A stretch of 60,660 nt of DNA, from positions 12,970,137 through 13,030,796 of the forward strand of contig NC_057749.1 in NCBI RefSeq assembly GCF_004010195.1, read 5' to 3'. Within the stretch, counting starts at the first letter, position 1, and each line of letters starts with the position of its first letter. The DNA is from Chiloscyllium plagiosum (lineage: Eukaryota). Shown in pieces: positions 40,146 through 52,203 of this stretch. The position numbers and the translations under genes were made by a program. The notes under the pieces are model-generated. The model saw only the letters and a program-made list of their open reading frames with translations, was not told the DNA's origin and ran no database searches.

Positions 40146-40531
40146 ATAAATTGAAGGAACTTTCTCTGAACTGCTTCTAATGCAATCCACTTTAAAATAA
40201 GGAGATTAAATTTATACACAGTCTTCAGATGTAGCCTTACTAATATTATACACTAGAGGAAGCCATGACTCTGCTGATACTCCATTCACCTTGCAATGAA
40301 CCACAGCATTGTGTTTCACATCCAGATCTCTCTGTAGCTCAGAGCTCTGCAATCTTGCCAATCTCGCTAATATGCTGTTTTTCATTACATTCTGTTTAGA
40401 TCTAGTTCCCCAAGTTTTAATTTACCTGCAATTTTCCCATTAAATACCCACCAGAATTATGTCAATGTGAGGAACAAGGTACACTCCCCATCAAACATTC
40501 CCAGCACAGGGTTAGGTACAGAGTAAACAAG

Positions 40532-40835
40532 TGGGCAGCACGGTGGCACAGTGGTTAGCACTGCTGCTTCACAGCGCCAGAGACCCAGGTTCAATTCCGG
40601 CCCCGGGCGACTGACTGTGTGGAGTTTGCACGTTCTCCCCATGTCTGCGTGGGTTTCCTCCGGGTGCTCCAGTTTCCTCCCACAGTCCAAAGATGTGCAG
40701 GTTAGGTGAATTGGCCACGCTAAATTGCCCGTAGTGTTAGGTGAAGGGGTAAATATAGGGGAATGGGTCTGCGTGAATTGCTCTTTGGAGGGTCGGTGTG
40801 GACTTGTTGGGCCGAAGGGCCTGTTTCCACACTCT
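40532..40835 (+). mobile_element. Near full-length HE1-like tRNA-derived V-SINE
   Basis: A-box gtggcacagtggttag, B-box ggttcaattcc, V-domain, and a LINE-derived 3' end ttgggccgaagggcctgtttcc. Confidence 0.88.
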
Positions 40836-40860
40836 AAGTTATCTATCTATCTAAACATCA

Positions 40861-42425
40861 CTCTACACTGTCCCCATCATACACTCCCAGGGACAGGGAC
40901 AGCATAGGGTTAGATATAGAGTAAAGCTCCCTCTACACTGTCCCCATCAAACACTCCCAGGGACAGGGACAGCATAGGGTTAGATACAGAGTAAAGCTCC
41001 CTCTACACTGTCAAAAGAACAAAGAACCTTACAGCACAGGAACAGGCCCTTCAGCCCTCCAAGCCTCCGCTGATCCAGGTCCTCTATCTTAACCTGTTGC
41101 CTATTTTCTCAGGGTCTGTATCCCTCTGCTCTTTGCCCATTCATGTATCTGTCTAGATACATCTTAAATGACGTTATTATGCCCGCACCACCACCTCCGC
41201 TGGAAACACATTCCAGGCACCCACCATCCTCTACATAAAGACCTTTCCACGCATATCTCCCCTAAACCTTTCCCCTCTCACCTTGAACTCGTGACCCCTA
41301 GTAACTGAGTCCCCCACTCTGGGAAAAAGCTTCTTCCTATCCACCCTGTCTGTGCCTCTCATGATTTTGTGGACCTCAATCAGGTCCTCCCTCAACCTCT
41401 GTCTTTCTAATGAAAATAATCCTAATCTACTCAACCTCTCGTCATAGTTGGCACCCTCCATACCAGGCAACATCCTGGTGAATCTCCTCTGCACCCTCTC
41501 TAAAGCGTCCACATCCTTTTGGTAATGTGGTGACCAGAACTGTATGCAGTATTCCAAATGTGGCCGAACCAAAGTCTTATACAACTGTAACATGACCTGC
41601 CAGCTCTTGTACTCAATACCCCGTCCGATGAAGGAAAGCACGCTGTGTGCCTACTTGACTATTCTCTTTTCCTGTGTTGTCACCTTCCGGGAACAATGGA
41701 CCTGAACACCCTGATTTCTCTGTACATCAGTTTTCCCCAGGACTTTTCCATTTATTGGATCTTCCAAAATGCATCACCTCACATTTGCCCGGATTGAACT
41801 CCATCTGCCATTTCTCTGCCCAACTCTCCAGTCTATCTGTATTCTCCGACAGTCCTCTTTACTATCTACTACTCCACCAACCTTAGTGCCATCTGCAAAC
41901 TTGCTAATCAGACTACCTATACCTTCCTCCAGATCATTTATGTATATCACAAACAAGTGGTCCCAACCTGGATCCCTGTGGAACACCACTGGTCATTTTG
42001 AAGAACTCCCTTCCAATGCTACTCTCCGTCTCCTGTTACCCAGCCAGTCCTTTCTCCTTCTAGCTAGTACACCCTGGACCCTATGCAACTTCACCTTCTC
42101 CATCAGCCTCCCATGGGGAACCTTATCAAACGCCTTACTGAAGTCCATGTATATGACACCTACAGCCCTTTCCTCATCAATCAACTTTGTCACTTCCTTA
42201 AAGAATTCTATTAAGGTGGTAAGACATTATCTTCCCTGCACAAAACCAGAGGAGGCTTTACTGTGTATCTAATTCCGTGCTGTCCCAGTCAAATACTCCC
42301 AGGACAGGGACAGCACAAGGGTAGGTACAGAGTAAAGCTCCTTTTACACTGTCCCCATCAAACACTCCCAGGACAGGGACAGCACAGGGTTAGATACAGT
42401 GTAAGGCTCCCATTACACCATCCCC
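40861..42425 (-). repeat. ~69-bp minisatellite units (40861-41012, 42249-42425) split by a CR1 insertion
   Basis: ctctacactgtccccatcaaacactcccagggacagggacagcatagggttagatacagagtaaagctcc. Confidence 0.8.
41013..42248 (-). mobile_element. CR1-clade LINE RT fragment
   Basis: YMDFSKAFDKVPHGRL; IYINDLEEG..SKFADGTKVGG; LVRPHLEYCIQFWSP. Confidence 0.92.
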
Positions 42426-44332
42426 AGGGCAGGGATATATGGTTCATTGCCTGCCTTCCTGTAACAGGCTTTTTAGTTTTCACAGTCTCTTTCATTCTGT
42501 GTGCTGATGCCATGTCAGAGCTCAAGTGTTCCAGGAACCACCCCACTTACAGCTGCAGAATGGTCAAATTGTGAGATCAAAAAGATTTTGATGATTTCAT
42601 TCAGAAAGCTATCGCCTCTTGAAGTGCTGCCTTGAATCACTACAGTAGCTGGAAATCCTCAAGGAAGGAATTAAAATGGGGAAGTGAAGTTTCTGTTGGT
42701 GTTTGTAGCTGCAGATGCCCGATCTGCTGTTCACGACCTATCCTCGTCAGTCTCACCACATCCTCACAATCCACTGGAACCCCTCCCTAACCACACTGTA
42801 ACATCGTCAGCCTCCAGCCTCCACATTCCCCTCTCGGAGAGATCTCTGTAGCTTTGTTGCTCTGATTAAAAGTCTGAAACACTGAGATTAACTTTCCTGG
42901 ATATTGCTTTTTAGAGTTTCCTTTGCTTTTGCAATTTCAAGCACCTCTTTGTTTGTGATAGAAGCTTATACGACAGTGTTATTGGTTAATGATGTTTAGC
43001 TCTATGTGTGGTTTGTATTTCTTTATTGCATGTGCTAAGACTGGAGCAAATGTGGTTTCATTTTCATCTTGCCTTGTAAGTGATGCTGGGGCGTCTGGAG
43101 GTTTGACCTGTTTAGATACGTTAAAAACTTTTATGGTCAATAAGTTGGTTCATTAGGAAAGAGGTGAAAGAGGAAATAAAGCGGTGTCATCTAGCGACTG
43201 AATCGAGCAAAACAGTAAATCACCAAGAGGCAGTGTGAGGGAAACAGTCTTCATAACAGCAGCTGTATCAATGTTCAAGACAGTCAATGCTTGGCAAAAT
43301 GTCCTGAGCTGCTTTGAGGAAAGTTCCGGAAGTAGAAGGCTGTGGAATACATGAGGTTCAGGAACCTTTGCTAAATAATAAGTGAGCAGTGTTAGCAGTT
43401 TGTTTAAGTGTCTTGGAAAGAGATATTCACTGAAGAAAATAGCATTAGGTGAGTACAGACCACTGCTGAAAAGAAACCCATTTCAGCCTGACTGAGCAAC
43501 AGGGAGATTTAAAATGAGAAAGGAGGCAAGGACCCTTCACTGAATATCTGTAAGGTTGTTGAGGGTAAATGGGCTGATATGATATTTATGCATGGTATTT
43601 GAAATATGACTGTTACAAATTGTGCTTGGTTTCATTTGGTCTGATAAACTTTGATGTTCTTTTGTTAAATGTAATCAGTGGCCTTTTGTGAATATCAGAC
43701 ACTGATCATCATGGGAAAGAAATGACAGAGAGAATCAAGCATGTTCCATTCTGAGATCTGACATCTCCATATTACCACCTGTTGGGGAGATAGCACATTG
43801 TCTTATAATGTTGAGAGGATGTCATCAATCAGAGGGTCGTGGAGGTTTGATGAAATTCCTAAGGTAGCACATTGAATCCACCAGGAGCTATCTAACCACA
43901 AGCAAACCAGAAAACGGGAGACTGGGATTGGGGGAATACCTCACGAAGATCACTCTATCACAAAACTCTGGAGGTAGCCAGTACTTTGGATTTTCATAGG
44001 CTCCTTGATATTGGGTCAGATCCACATCTTAATGTCTTCAATCAAACAAATTTCATTCTTTTTTGCACACTGAAAAGAAACATTCACATGGCAGATGAAA
44101 GGGAAGATTAAGATTAGGATCTGGGACATGTAGTTTCTGAGTAACTGACTTTAATGAATGGTAGAGCTCGCATAAACAAAAGTGTGAACCAGATAAGCTT
44201 CTGCTGATGTTGGCTCATGGATTGGACATTGCTCAGAATGTTCCTGCTTTACTCAAAATAGTGGCCTTTTTGCAAATTACAAGGGGAGTCACAGGACCTT
44301 GATTTAATGTCTAATTCCAAGTGCCATCTACA

Positions 44333-44494
44333 ACAGTGCGGCGCTCCCTCAGCACTGACCCTCCGACAGTGCGGCACTCCCTCAGCACTGACCCTCCGAC
44401 AGTGCGGCTCTCCCTCAGCACTGACCCTCAGACAGTGCGGCACTCCCTCAGCACTGACCCTCCGACAGTGCGGCACTCCCTCAGCACTGACCCT
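44333..44494 (+). repeat. 33-bp minisatellite (cagtgcggcactccctcagcactgaccctccga) within a DeuSINE relic
   Basis: About 5 units running into a gap; the left flank resembles the Deu-domain continuation. Confidence 0.9.
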
Positions 44495-44617
44495 NNNNNN
44501 NNNNNNNNNNNNNNNNNNNNNNNNNNNNNNNNNNNNNNNNNNNNNNNNNNNNNNNNNNNNNNNNNNNNNNNNNNNNNNNNNNNNNNNNNNNNNNNNNNNN
44601 NNNNNNNNNNNNNNNNN

Positions 44618-47600
44618 CTCCCTGCATTGCTGCTGTACTCTCTGCATTGCTGCTGTACACCCTGCATTGCTGCTGTACATCCTGCATTGCTACTCTACTC
44701 CCTGCATTGCCGCTGTACTCTCTGCACTGCTGATGTACTCCCTGCATTGCTACTGCACTCCCTGCATTGCCGCTGTACGCGCGGCATTGCAGCTGTACTC
44801 TCTGCATTGCTGCTGTACACCCTGCACTGCTACTGTACTCACTGCATTGCTGCTGTACTCCCTGCATTTCTGCTGTACTCCCTGCATTGCTACTGTACTC
44901 CCTGCATTTCTGCTGTACTCCCTGCATTGCTACTGTACTCCCTGCACTGCTGCTGTACTCCCTGCACTGCTGCTGTACTGCCAGCATTGCTGCTGTACAC
45001 CCTGCATTGCTGCTGTACTCCCTGCTTTGCTGCTGTACTCCCTGCATTGCCGCTGTACTCCCTGCACTGCTGCTGTCATCCCTCCACTGCTGCTGTACTC
45101 CCTGCATTGATGCTGTACTCCCTGCACTGCTGCTGTACTCCCTGCATTGCTACTGTACTCCCTGCATTGCCGCTGTACTCTCTGCACTGCTGCTGTACTC
45201 CCTGCATTGCTACTGCACTCCCTGAATTGCTGCTGTACACGCTGCATTGCAGCTGTACTCTCTGCATTGCTGCTGTACACCCTGCACTGCTACTGTACTC
45301 ACTGCATTGCTGCTGTACACCCTGCATTGCTGCTGTACTCCCTGCACTGCTGTACTCCCTGCACTGCTGTACTCACCGCATTGCTGCTGTACTCCCTGCA
45401 TTGCTACTGTACACCCTGCATTGCTGCTGTACATCCTGCATTTCTGCTGTACTCCCTGCATTGCTACTGGACTCTCTGCATTGCCGCTGTACTCCCTGCA
45501 CTGCTACTGTACTCACTGCATTGCTGCTGCTGTACTCCCTGCACTGCTGTACTCACTGCATTGCTGCTGTACTCCCTGCATTGCTACTGTACACCCTGCA
45601 TTGCTGCTGTACATCCTGCATTGCTGCTGTACACCCTGCATTGCTACTGTACACCCTGCATTGCTGCTGTACTCTCTGCATTGCCGCTGTACTCCCTGCA
45701 CTGCTACTATACTCACTGCATTGCTGCTGTACTCCCTGCATTTCTGCTGTACTCCCTGCATTGCTACTGGACTCTCTGCATTGCCGCTGTACTCCCTGCA
45801 CTGCTACTGTACTCACTGCATTGCTGCTGTACTCCCTGCATTTCTGCTGTACTCCCTGCATTGCTACTGTACTCCCTGCATTGCTACTGTACTCCCTGCA
45901 CTGCTGCTGTACTCCCTGCACTGCTACTGTACTGCCTGCATTGCTGCTGGACACCCTGCATTGCTGCTGTACTCCCTGCATTGCTGCTGTACTCCCTGCA
46001 CTGCTGCTGTCCTCCCTGCATTGCCGCTGTACTCCCTGCACTGCTGCTGTCATCCCTGCATTGCTGCTGTCCTCCCTGCACTGCTGCTGTACTCCCTGCA
46101 TTGCTACTGTACTCCCTGCATTGCCGCTGTACTCTCTGCACTGCTGCTGTACTCCCTGCCTTGCTACTGTGCTCCCTGCATTGCTGCTGTACACGCTGCA
46201 TTGCAGCTGTACTCTCTGCATCGCTGCTGTGCATGCTGCACTGCTACTGTACTCACTGCATTGCTGCTGTACACCCTGCATTGCTGCTGTACTCCCTGCA
46301 CTGCTGTACTCCCTGCATTGCTGTTGTACTCCCTGCACTGCTGTACTCCCTGCATTGCTGTTGTACTCTCTGCATTGCTGCTGTACACCCTGCATTGCTG
46401 CTGTACATCCTGCATTGCTGCTGTACTCCCTGCATTGCCGCTGTACACCCTGCACTGCTGCTGTACCCCCTGCACTGCTGCTGTACTCTCTACATTGCTG
46501 CTGTACACTCTGCTTTGCCGCTGTACACCCTGCATTGCCATTGTAATTTCTGCACTGCTGCTGTACTCTCTGCACTGCTGCTGTCATCCCTCCACTGCTG
46601 CTGTACTCCCTGCACTGCTGCTGTACTCCCTGCATTGCTACTGTACTCCCAGCATTGCCGCTGTACTCTCTGCACTGCTGCTGTACTCCCTGCATTGCTA
46701 CTGCACTCCCTGCATTGCTGCTGTACACGCTGCATTGCAGCTGTACTCTCTGCATTGCTGCTGTACACCCTGCACTGCTACTGTACTCACTGCATTGCTG
46801 CTGTACTCCCTGCATTTCTGCTGTACTCCCTGCATTTCTGCTGTACTCCCTGCACTGCTGCTGTACTCCCTGCACTGCTACTGTACTGCCTGCATTGCTG
46901 CTGTACACCCTGCATTGCTGCTGTACTCCCTGCATTGCCGCTGTACTCCCTGCACTGCTGCTGTACTCCCTGCTAGGCTACTGTACTGCCTGCATTGCTG
47001 CTGTACTCCCTGAACTGCTACTGTACTGCCTGCATTGCTGCTGTACTCCCTGCACTGCTACTGTACTGCCTGCATTGCTGCTGTACTTCCTGCACTGCTA
47101 CTGTACTGCTGCATTGCTGCTGTACACCCTGCATTGGCACTGTACTCCCTGCATTGCTGCTGTATACCCTGCATTGCTGCTGTACTCTCTGCATTGCCGC
47201 TGTACTCCCTGCACTGCTACTGTACTCACTGCATTGCTACTGTACTCACTGCATTGCTGCTGTACTCCCTGCATTGCTGCTGTACTCCCTGCATTGCTAC
47301 TGTACTCCCTGCACTGCCGCTGTACTCCCTGCATTGCTGCTGTACTGCCTGCATTGCTGCTGTACACCCTGCATTGCTGCTGTACTCCCTGCATTGCTGC
47401 TGTACTCCCTGCATTGCCGCTGTACTCCCTGCATTGCCGCTGTACTCCCTGCACTGCTGCTGTACTCCCTGCATTGCTACTGTACTCCAAGCATTGCTGC
47501 TGTACTCTCTGCATTGCCGCTGTACTCCCTGCCCTGCTACTGTACTCACTGCATTCCTGCTGTACTCCCTGCATTGCTACTGTACTCACTGCATTGCTGC

Positions 47601-49311
47601 TGTACTCTTTGCATTGCCACTGTACTCCCTGTACTGCTACTGTACTCACTGCATTTCTGCTGTACTCCCTGCATTGCTGCTGTACTCCCTGCATTTCTGC
47701 TGTACTCCCTGCATTGCTGCTGTACTCCCTGCATTGCTACTGTACTCACTGCATTGCTACTGTACTGCCTGCATTGCTGCTGTACATCGTGCATTGCTGC
47801 TGTACTCCCTGCATTGCTGCTGTACACCCTGCATTGCTGCTGCACTCTCTGCATTGCCGCTGTACTCCCTGCACTACTACTGTACTCACTGCATTGCTGC
47901 TGTACTCCCTGCATTGCTGCTGTACTTGCTGCATTTCTGCTGTACTCCCTGCATTGCTGCTATACTCTCTGCATTGCCGCTGTACTCCCTGCACTGCTGC
48001 TGTACTCCCTGCACTGCTACTGTACTGCCTGGATTGCTGCTGTACACCCTGCATTGCTGCTGTACTCCCTGCATTGCTGCTGTACTCCCTGCATTTCTGC
48101 TGTACTCCCTGCATTGCTGCTGTACTCCCTGCATTGCCGCTGTACTCCCTGCACTGCTGCTGTACTCCCTGCACTGCTACTGTACTGCCTGCATTGCTGC
48201 TGTACACCCTGCACTGCTGCTGTACTCCCTGCACTGCTACTATACTGCCTGCATTGCTGCTGTACACCCTGCATTGGCGTTGTACTCCCTGCATTGCTGC
48301 TGTACACCCTGCATTGCTGCTGTACTCCCTGCATTGCTGCTGTACTCCCTGCATTGCCGCTGTACTCCCTGCACTGCTGCTGTACTCCCTGCACTGCTAC
48401 TGTACTGCCTGCATTGCTGCTGTACACCCTGCACTGCTGCTGTACTCCCTGCACTGCTACTGTACTGCCTGCATTGCTGCTGTACACCCTGCACTGCTGC
48501 TGTACTCCCTGCACTGCTACTATACTGCCTGCATTGCTGCTGTACACCCTGCATTGGCGTTGTACTCCCTGCATTGCTGCTGTACTCCCTGCATTGCCGC
48601 TGTACTCCCTGCACTGCTGCTGTCATCCCTGCATTGCTGCTGTACTCCCTGCACTGCTGCTGTACTCCCTGCATTGCTACTGTACTCCCTGCATTGCCGC
48701 TGTACTCTCTGCACTGCTGCTGTACTCCCTGCATTGCTACTGTACTCCCTGCTTTGCTGCTGTACACGCTGCATTGCAGCTGTACTCTCTGCATTGCTGC
48801 TGTACACCCTGCATTGCTGCTGTACTCCCTGCACTGCTGTACTCCCTGCATTGCTGTTGTACTCCCTGCATTGCTGTTGTACTCCCTGCACTGCTGTACT
48901 CCCTGCATTGCTGCTGTATTCTCTGCATTGCTGCTGTACACCCTGCTTTGCTGCTGTACATCCTGCATTGCTGCTGTACTCCCTGCATTGCCGCTGTACA
49001 CCCTGCACTGCTGCTGTACCCCCTGCACTGCTGCTGTACTCTCTACATTGCTGCTGTACACTCTGCTTTGCCGCTGTACACCCTGCATTGCCATTGTAAT
49101 TTCTGCACTGCTGCTATACTCTCTGCATTGCTGCTGTACTTCCTGCATTGCTGCTGAACACCCTGCATTGCTGCTGTACACCTTGCATTGTCACTGTACT
49201 CTCTGCATTGCTGCTTTACACCCTGCATTGCTGCTGTACATCCTGCACTGCTGCTGTACTCCCTGAATTGCTGCTGTACACCCTGCACTGCTACTGTACA
49301 CCCTGCATTGC
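44618..49311 (+). repeat. 4.7-kb 20-bp satellite, consensus CTCCCTGCATTGCTGCTGTA (~235 units)
   Basis: Continuous tandem array with substitution and 3-nt indel variants. Confidence 0.98.
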
Positions 49312-49709
49312 CCTCCGCAGTAACTGCATGGGAGGTCAGGCTTCTGGCTTCTTGATAATTAATGAAAAATCAGAGATGATATTTTTCGCAGCGCAGAGAT
49401 CCCAGGAGGAGGGACTGTGCTGACAATTGCATATTAATTTCTGAAAAATCTCCAGGGATGTCCAGATCATAATATGTAATGTATGTAAAATATCCTCCTG
49501 CTGAGAAGCTCCACTCATTCTCAATCTATAAATACCTGCAATGCAGGCAGAAACATTAGCAATGAATCTTCCTGTTCAGCTAGTTATCTATCTATAGTCA
49601 GCACTCTTTTGAATGTTCCTTCTTATTATCTGCTCTCTCCATCTTCACTGTAAGGCAGGTCTGACTGTTCACTGCATCTCTGAATCAAATCCCTCAGCTC
49701 TGACAGCAT

Positions 49710-50312
49710 GACAGTGCGGCACTCCCTCAGCACTGACCCTCCGACAGTGTGGCACTGCCTCAGCACTGACCCTCCGACAGTGCGGCACTGCCTCAGCACT
49801 GACACTCCGACAGTGTGGCACTCCCTCAGCACTGACCCTCCGACAGTGTGGCACTCCCTCAGCACTGACCCTCCGACAGTGCGGCACTCCCTCAGCACTG
49901 ACCCTCCGACAGTGCGGCACTCCTTCAGCACTGACGCTCCGACAGTGCGGCACTCCCTCAGCACTGACCCCTCAGTACTGACCCTTCAACAGTGCAGCAC
50001 CCCCTCAGCACTGACCCTTCAACAGTGCCCACTCCCTCAATACTGACCCTCCGACAGTGCAGCACTCCCTCAGCACAGACCCTCTGACAGTACAGCACTC
50101 CCTCAGCACTGACCCTCCAACAGCGCGGTACTCCCTCAGCACTGACTCTCTGACAGTACAGCACTCCCTCAGCACTGACCCTCCAACAGCGCGGTACTCC
50201 CTCAGCACTGACTCTCCAACAGCGCGGCACTCCCTCAGCACTGACTCTCCGATAGTGTGGCACTCCCTCAGCACTGACCCTCCGACAGTGCGGCACTCCC
50301 TCAGCACTGACC
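49710..50312 (+). repeat. 33-bp minisatellite, about 18 units
   Basis: cagtgcggcactccctcagcactgaccctccga in tandem. Confidence 0.95.
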
Positions 50313-50447
50313 TTGCGGCAGTGGGATTATTTTGATGTTGTAATAATCCTGGATTGTGTACTGAGCCTCTGTGACTGATTGCTGTGGGACTATATTTACT
50401 GAAAACAGAAAGCATTTGTCTGAAGTGAGTCAACCCATAGTTGTAAA

Positions 50448-50643
50448 CTTCGAGGAGAAAGTGAGGTCTGCAGACGCTGGAGATCAAAGCTGGAACAGCA
50501 CAGCAGGTCAGGCAGCATCTAGGGAACAGAAGATTCGACGTTTCGGGCACATTCCTGAAGAAGGGCATGTGCCCGAAACGTCGAATCTTCTGTTCCCTAG
50601 ATGCTGCCTGACCTGCTGTGCTGTTCCAGCAATAAAGTTTCAG
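50448..50643. mobile_element. Fold-back Penelope pLTR derivative with intact hammerhead motif; 13-bp TSD
   Basis: TSD ccatagttgtaaa at 50435-50447 and 50644-50656; inverted arms. Confidence 0.85.
50551..50586 (+). ncRNA. Minimal type I hammerhead ribozyme motif
   Basis: ATTC CTGAAGA a gggc atgt gccc GAAA c GTC GAAT; 4-bp stem I, palindromic ACGT stem III. Confidence 0.8.
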
Positions 50644-50899
50644 CCATAGTTGTAAAGTCAAATGTTGGGGTTCATATCCAATTCCACATCTCCATCCTGT
50701 ACTTACAATATCCCACTGAGCTGCTTGGTGTGTGTTTTATGGACGATCCGAATGCTGTGTTGTATTCCACAGATTCAGCTGCCTGTCTTCATGACTGAGT
50801 TATCACTGGGCGCCAAATCTGTTATCATGATCTGAAACCCAAAGTACTTTGGACATTTTTAATTTTTCAATCCCCAAATGTGTATTTTAAAGGAGAATG

Positions 50900-51710
50900 A
50901 CTAAGTATAGGATTTGGATGTCATGTTGAGGCTGTGCAGGATGTTGGTGAGGTCTCTTCTAGAGTCCTGTGCCCAGTTCTGGTCACCCTGTTATATTAAA
51001 TTGGAGAGGGTTCAAGATTTTTTCTCTAATTTGTGAAGGAGAATCGTAGTTTGTTTATTGCTATTGTTGTTATACTATAAGATTGTTATACTATTTAAAG
51101 TAATTTTATAATTTTGTCAACATTTCAAAATCCATTTCAATTAAAAAAAATCCGGAGAGGATTCAGGAGAGATTTACCGGAATCTTGTGGGAATGGAGGG
51201 TTGAGTTACAAGGAGGCTCTGGATCGCCTGGGAGTTTTTTCACTGGAGTTTGGCAGGTGACCTTTTAGAGGTTTATAAAACCATGAGGGGTACAGATAAG
51301 GTGAATGGCAGATGTCTTTTCCCTCGGGTGGGCGATTTCAAGACTTGGGGCAGAGTTTTAAGTAGAAAGGAGAAAGATTTAAAAGGGATCTGAGGGGCAA
51401 TGTTTTCACACACAGGGTGGTTCATCTGTGGAATGAGCTGCCAGAAGAAGTGGTGGATACCAGTACAGTTACAACATTTAAAAGGTGCCTGAATGGGTAC
51501 AGGAATAGGAAGGGTTTAGAGTGATATGGGCCAAATGATCGCAAATGGCACTAGATTAGTTTCAGAAACCTGGTCGGCATGGATGTGTTGGACTGAAGGA
51601 ACTATTCCTGTGATTGTATGACTCTGTGAAGCTCAGACGGTATGACTCTGTGACTGTGTGACTCTATGACTATGACACTGTGACTGTGTGACTCTGTGAC
51701 TGTCAGACTG
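50900..51710 (+). mobile_element. CR1 3' fragment with (tgactctg)n tail
   Basis: ggtgaccttttagaggtttataaaaccatgaggg; tggaatgagctgccagaagaagtgg. Confidence 0.85.
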
Positions 51711-51892
51711 TGTTTGTATATTCATTGGTGTCTGGTAAAGCTTGGTTTGGGACTCATGGAATATTACCCTGGAAAGTGTCAGGGAATGTTTTAACAGACA
51801 GTGGGAAGTAATGGGAGGAGATAACGTGGGGCTGACTATCAGTCTCCTCTCGTCAGAAAGCCACCTCCTGCAGATATTTTAGGATTAGAATT

Positions 51893-52203
51893 AGAATCCC
51901 TACAGTGTAGAAACAGGCCCTTCGGCCCAACAAGTCCACAACTGACCCTTCGAAGAGTAACCTACCCAGACCCATTCCCCTACCTTGTTATCCCATATTT
52001 ACACCTAAGTAGTGCACCTAACCTACACCTCCCTGAACGCTATGGGCCATTTAGTATGGCCAATATGGGAGGAGACTGGAGCACCCGGAGGAAACCCATA
52101 CAGACATGGAGAGAATGTGCAAACTCCACACAGACAGTCACCCAAGGCGGGAATTGAACCCGGGTTCCTGGCACTGTGAGGTAGCAGTGCTAACCACTGA
52201 GCC
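51893..52203 (-). mobile_element. HE1-like V-SINE
   Basis: Reverse-strand tRNA head and V-domain, as at 40532-40835. Confidence 0.85.

Noticed and set aside
40532..40605. tRNA gene
   Set aside because: The A/B boxes belong to a SINE head followed by a V-domain and LINE-derived tail; no cloverleaf.
44307..49288. Very long Cys/Leu-rich (LLLYSLHCCCTPC) and Gln-rich ORFs up to 814 aa
   Set aside because: They are translations of a stop-free 20-bp satellite, open in several frames on both strands; no coding signal.
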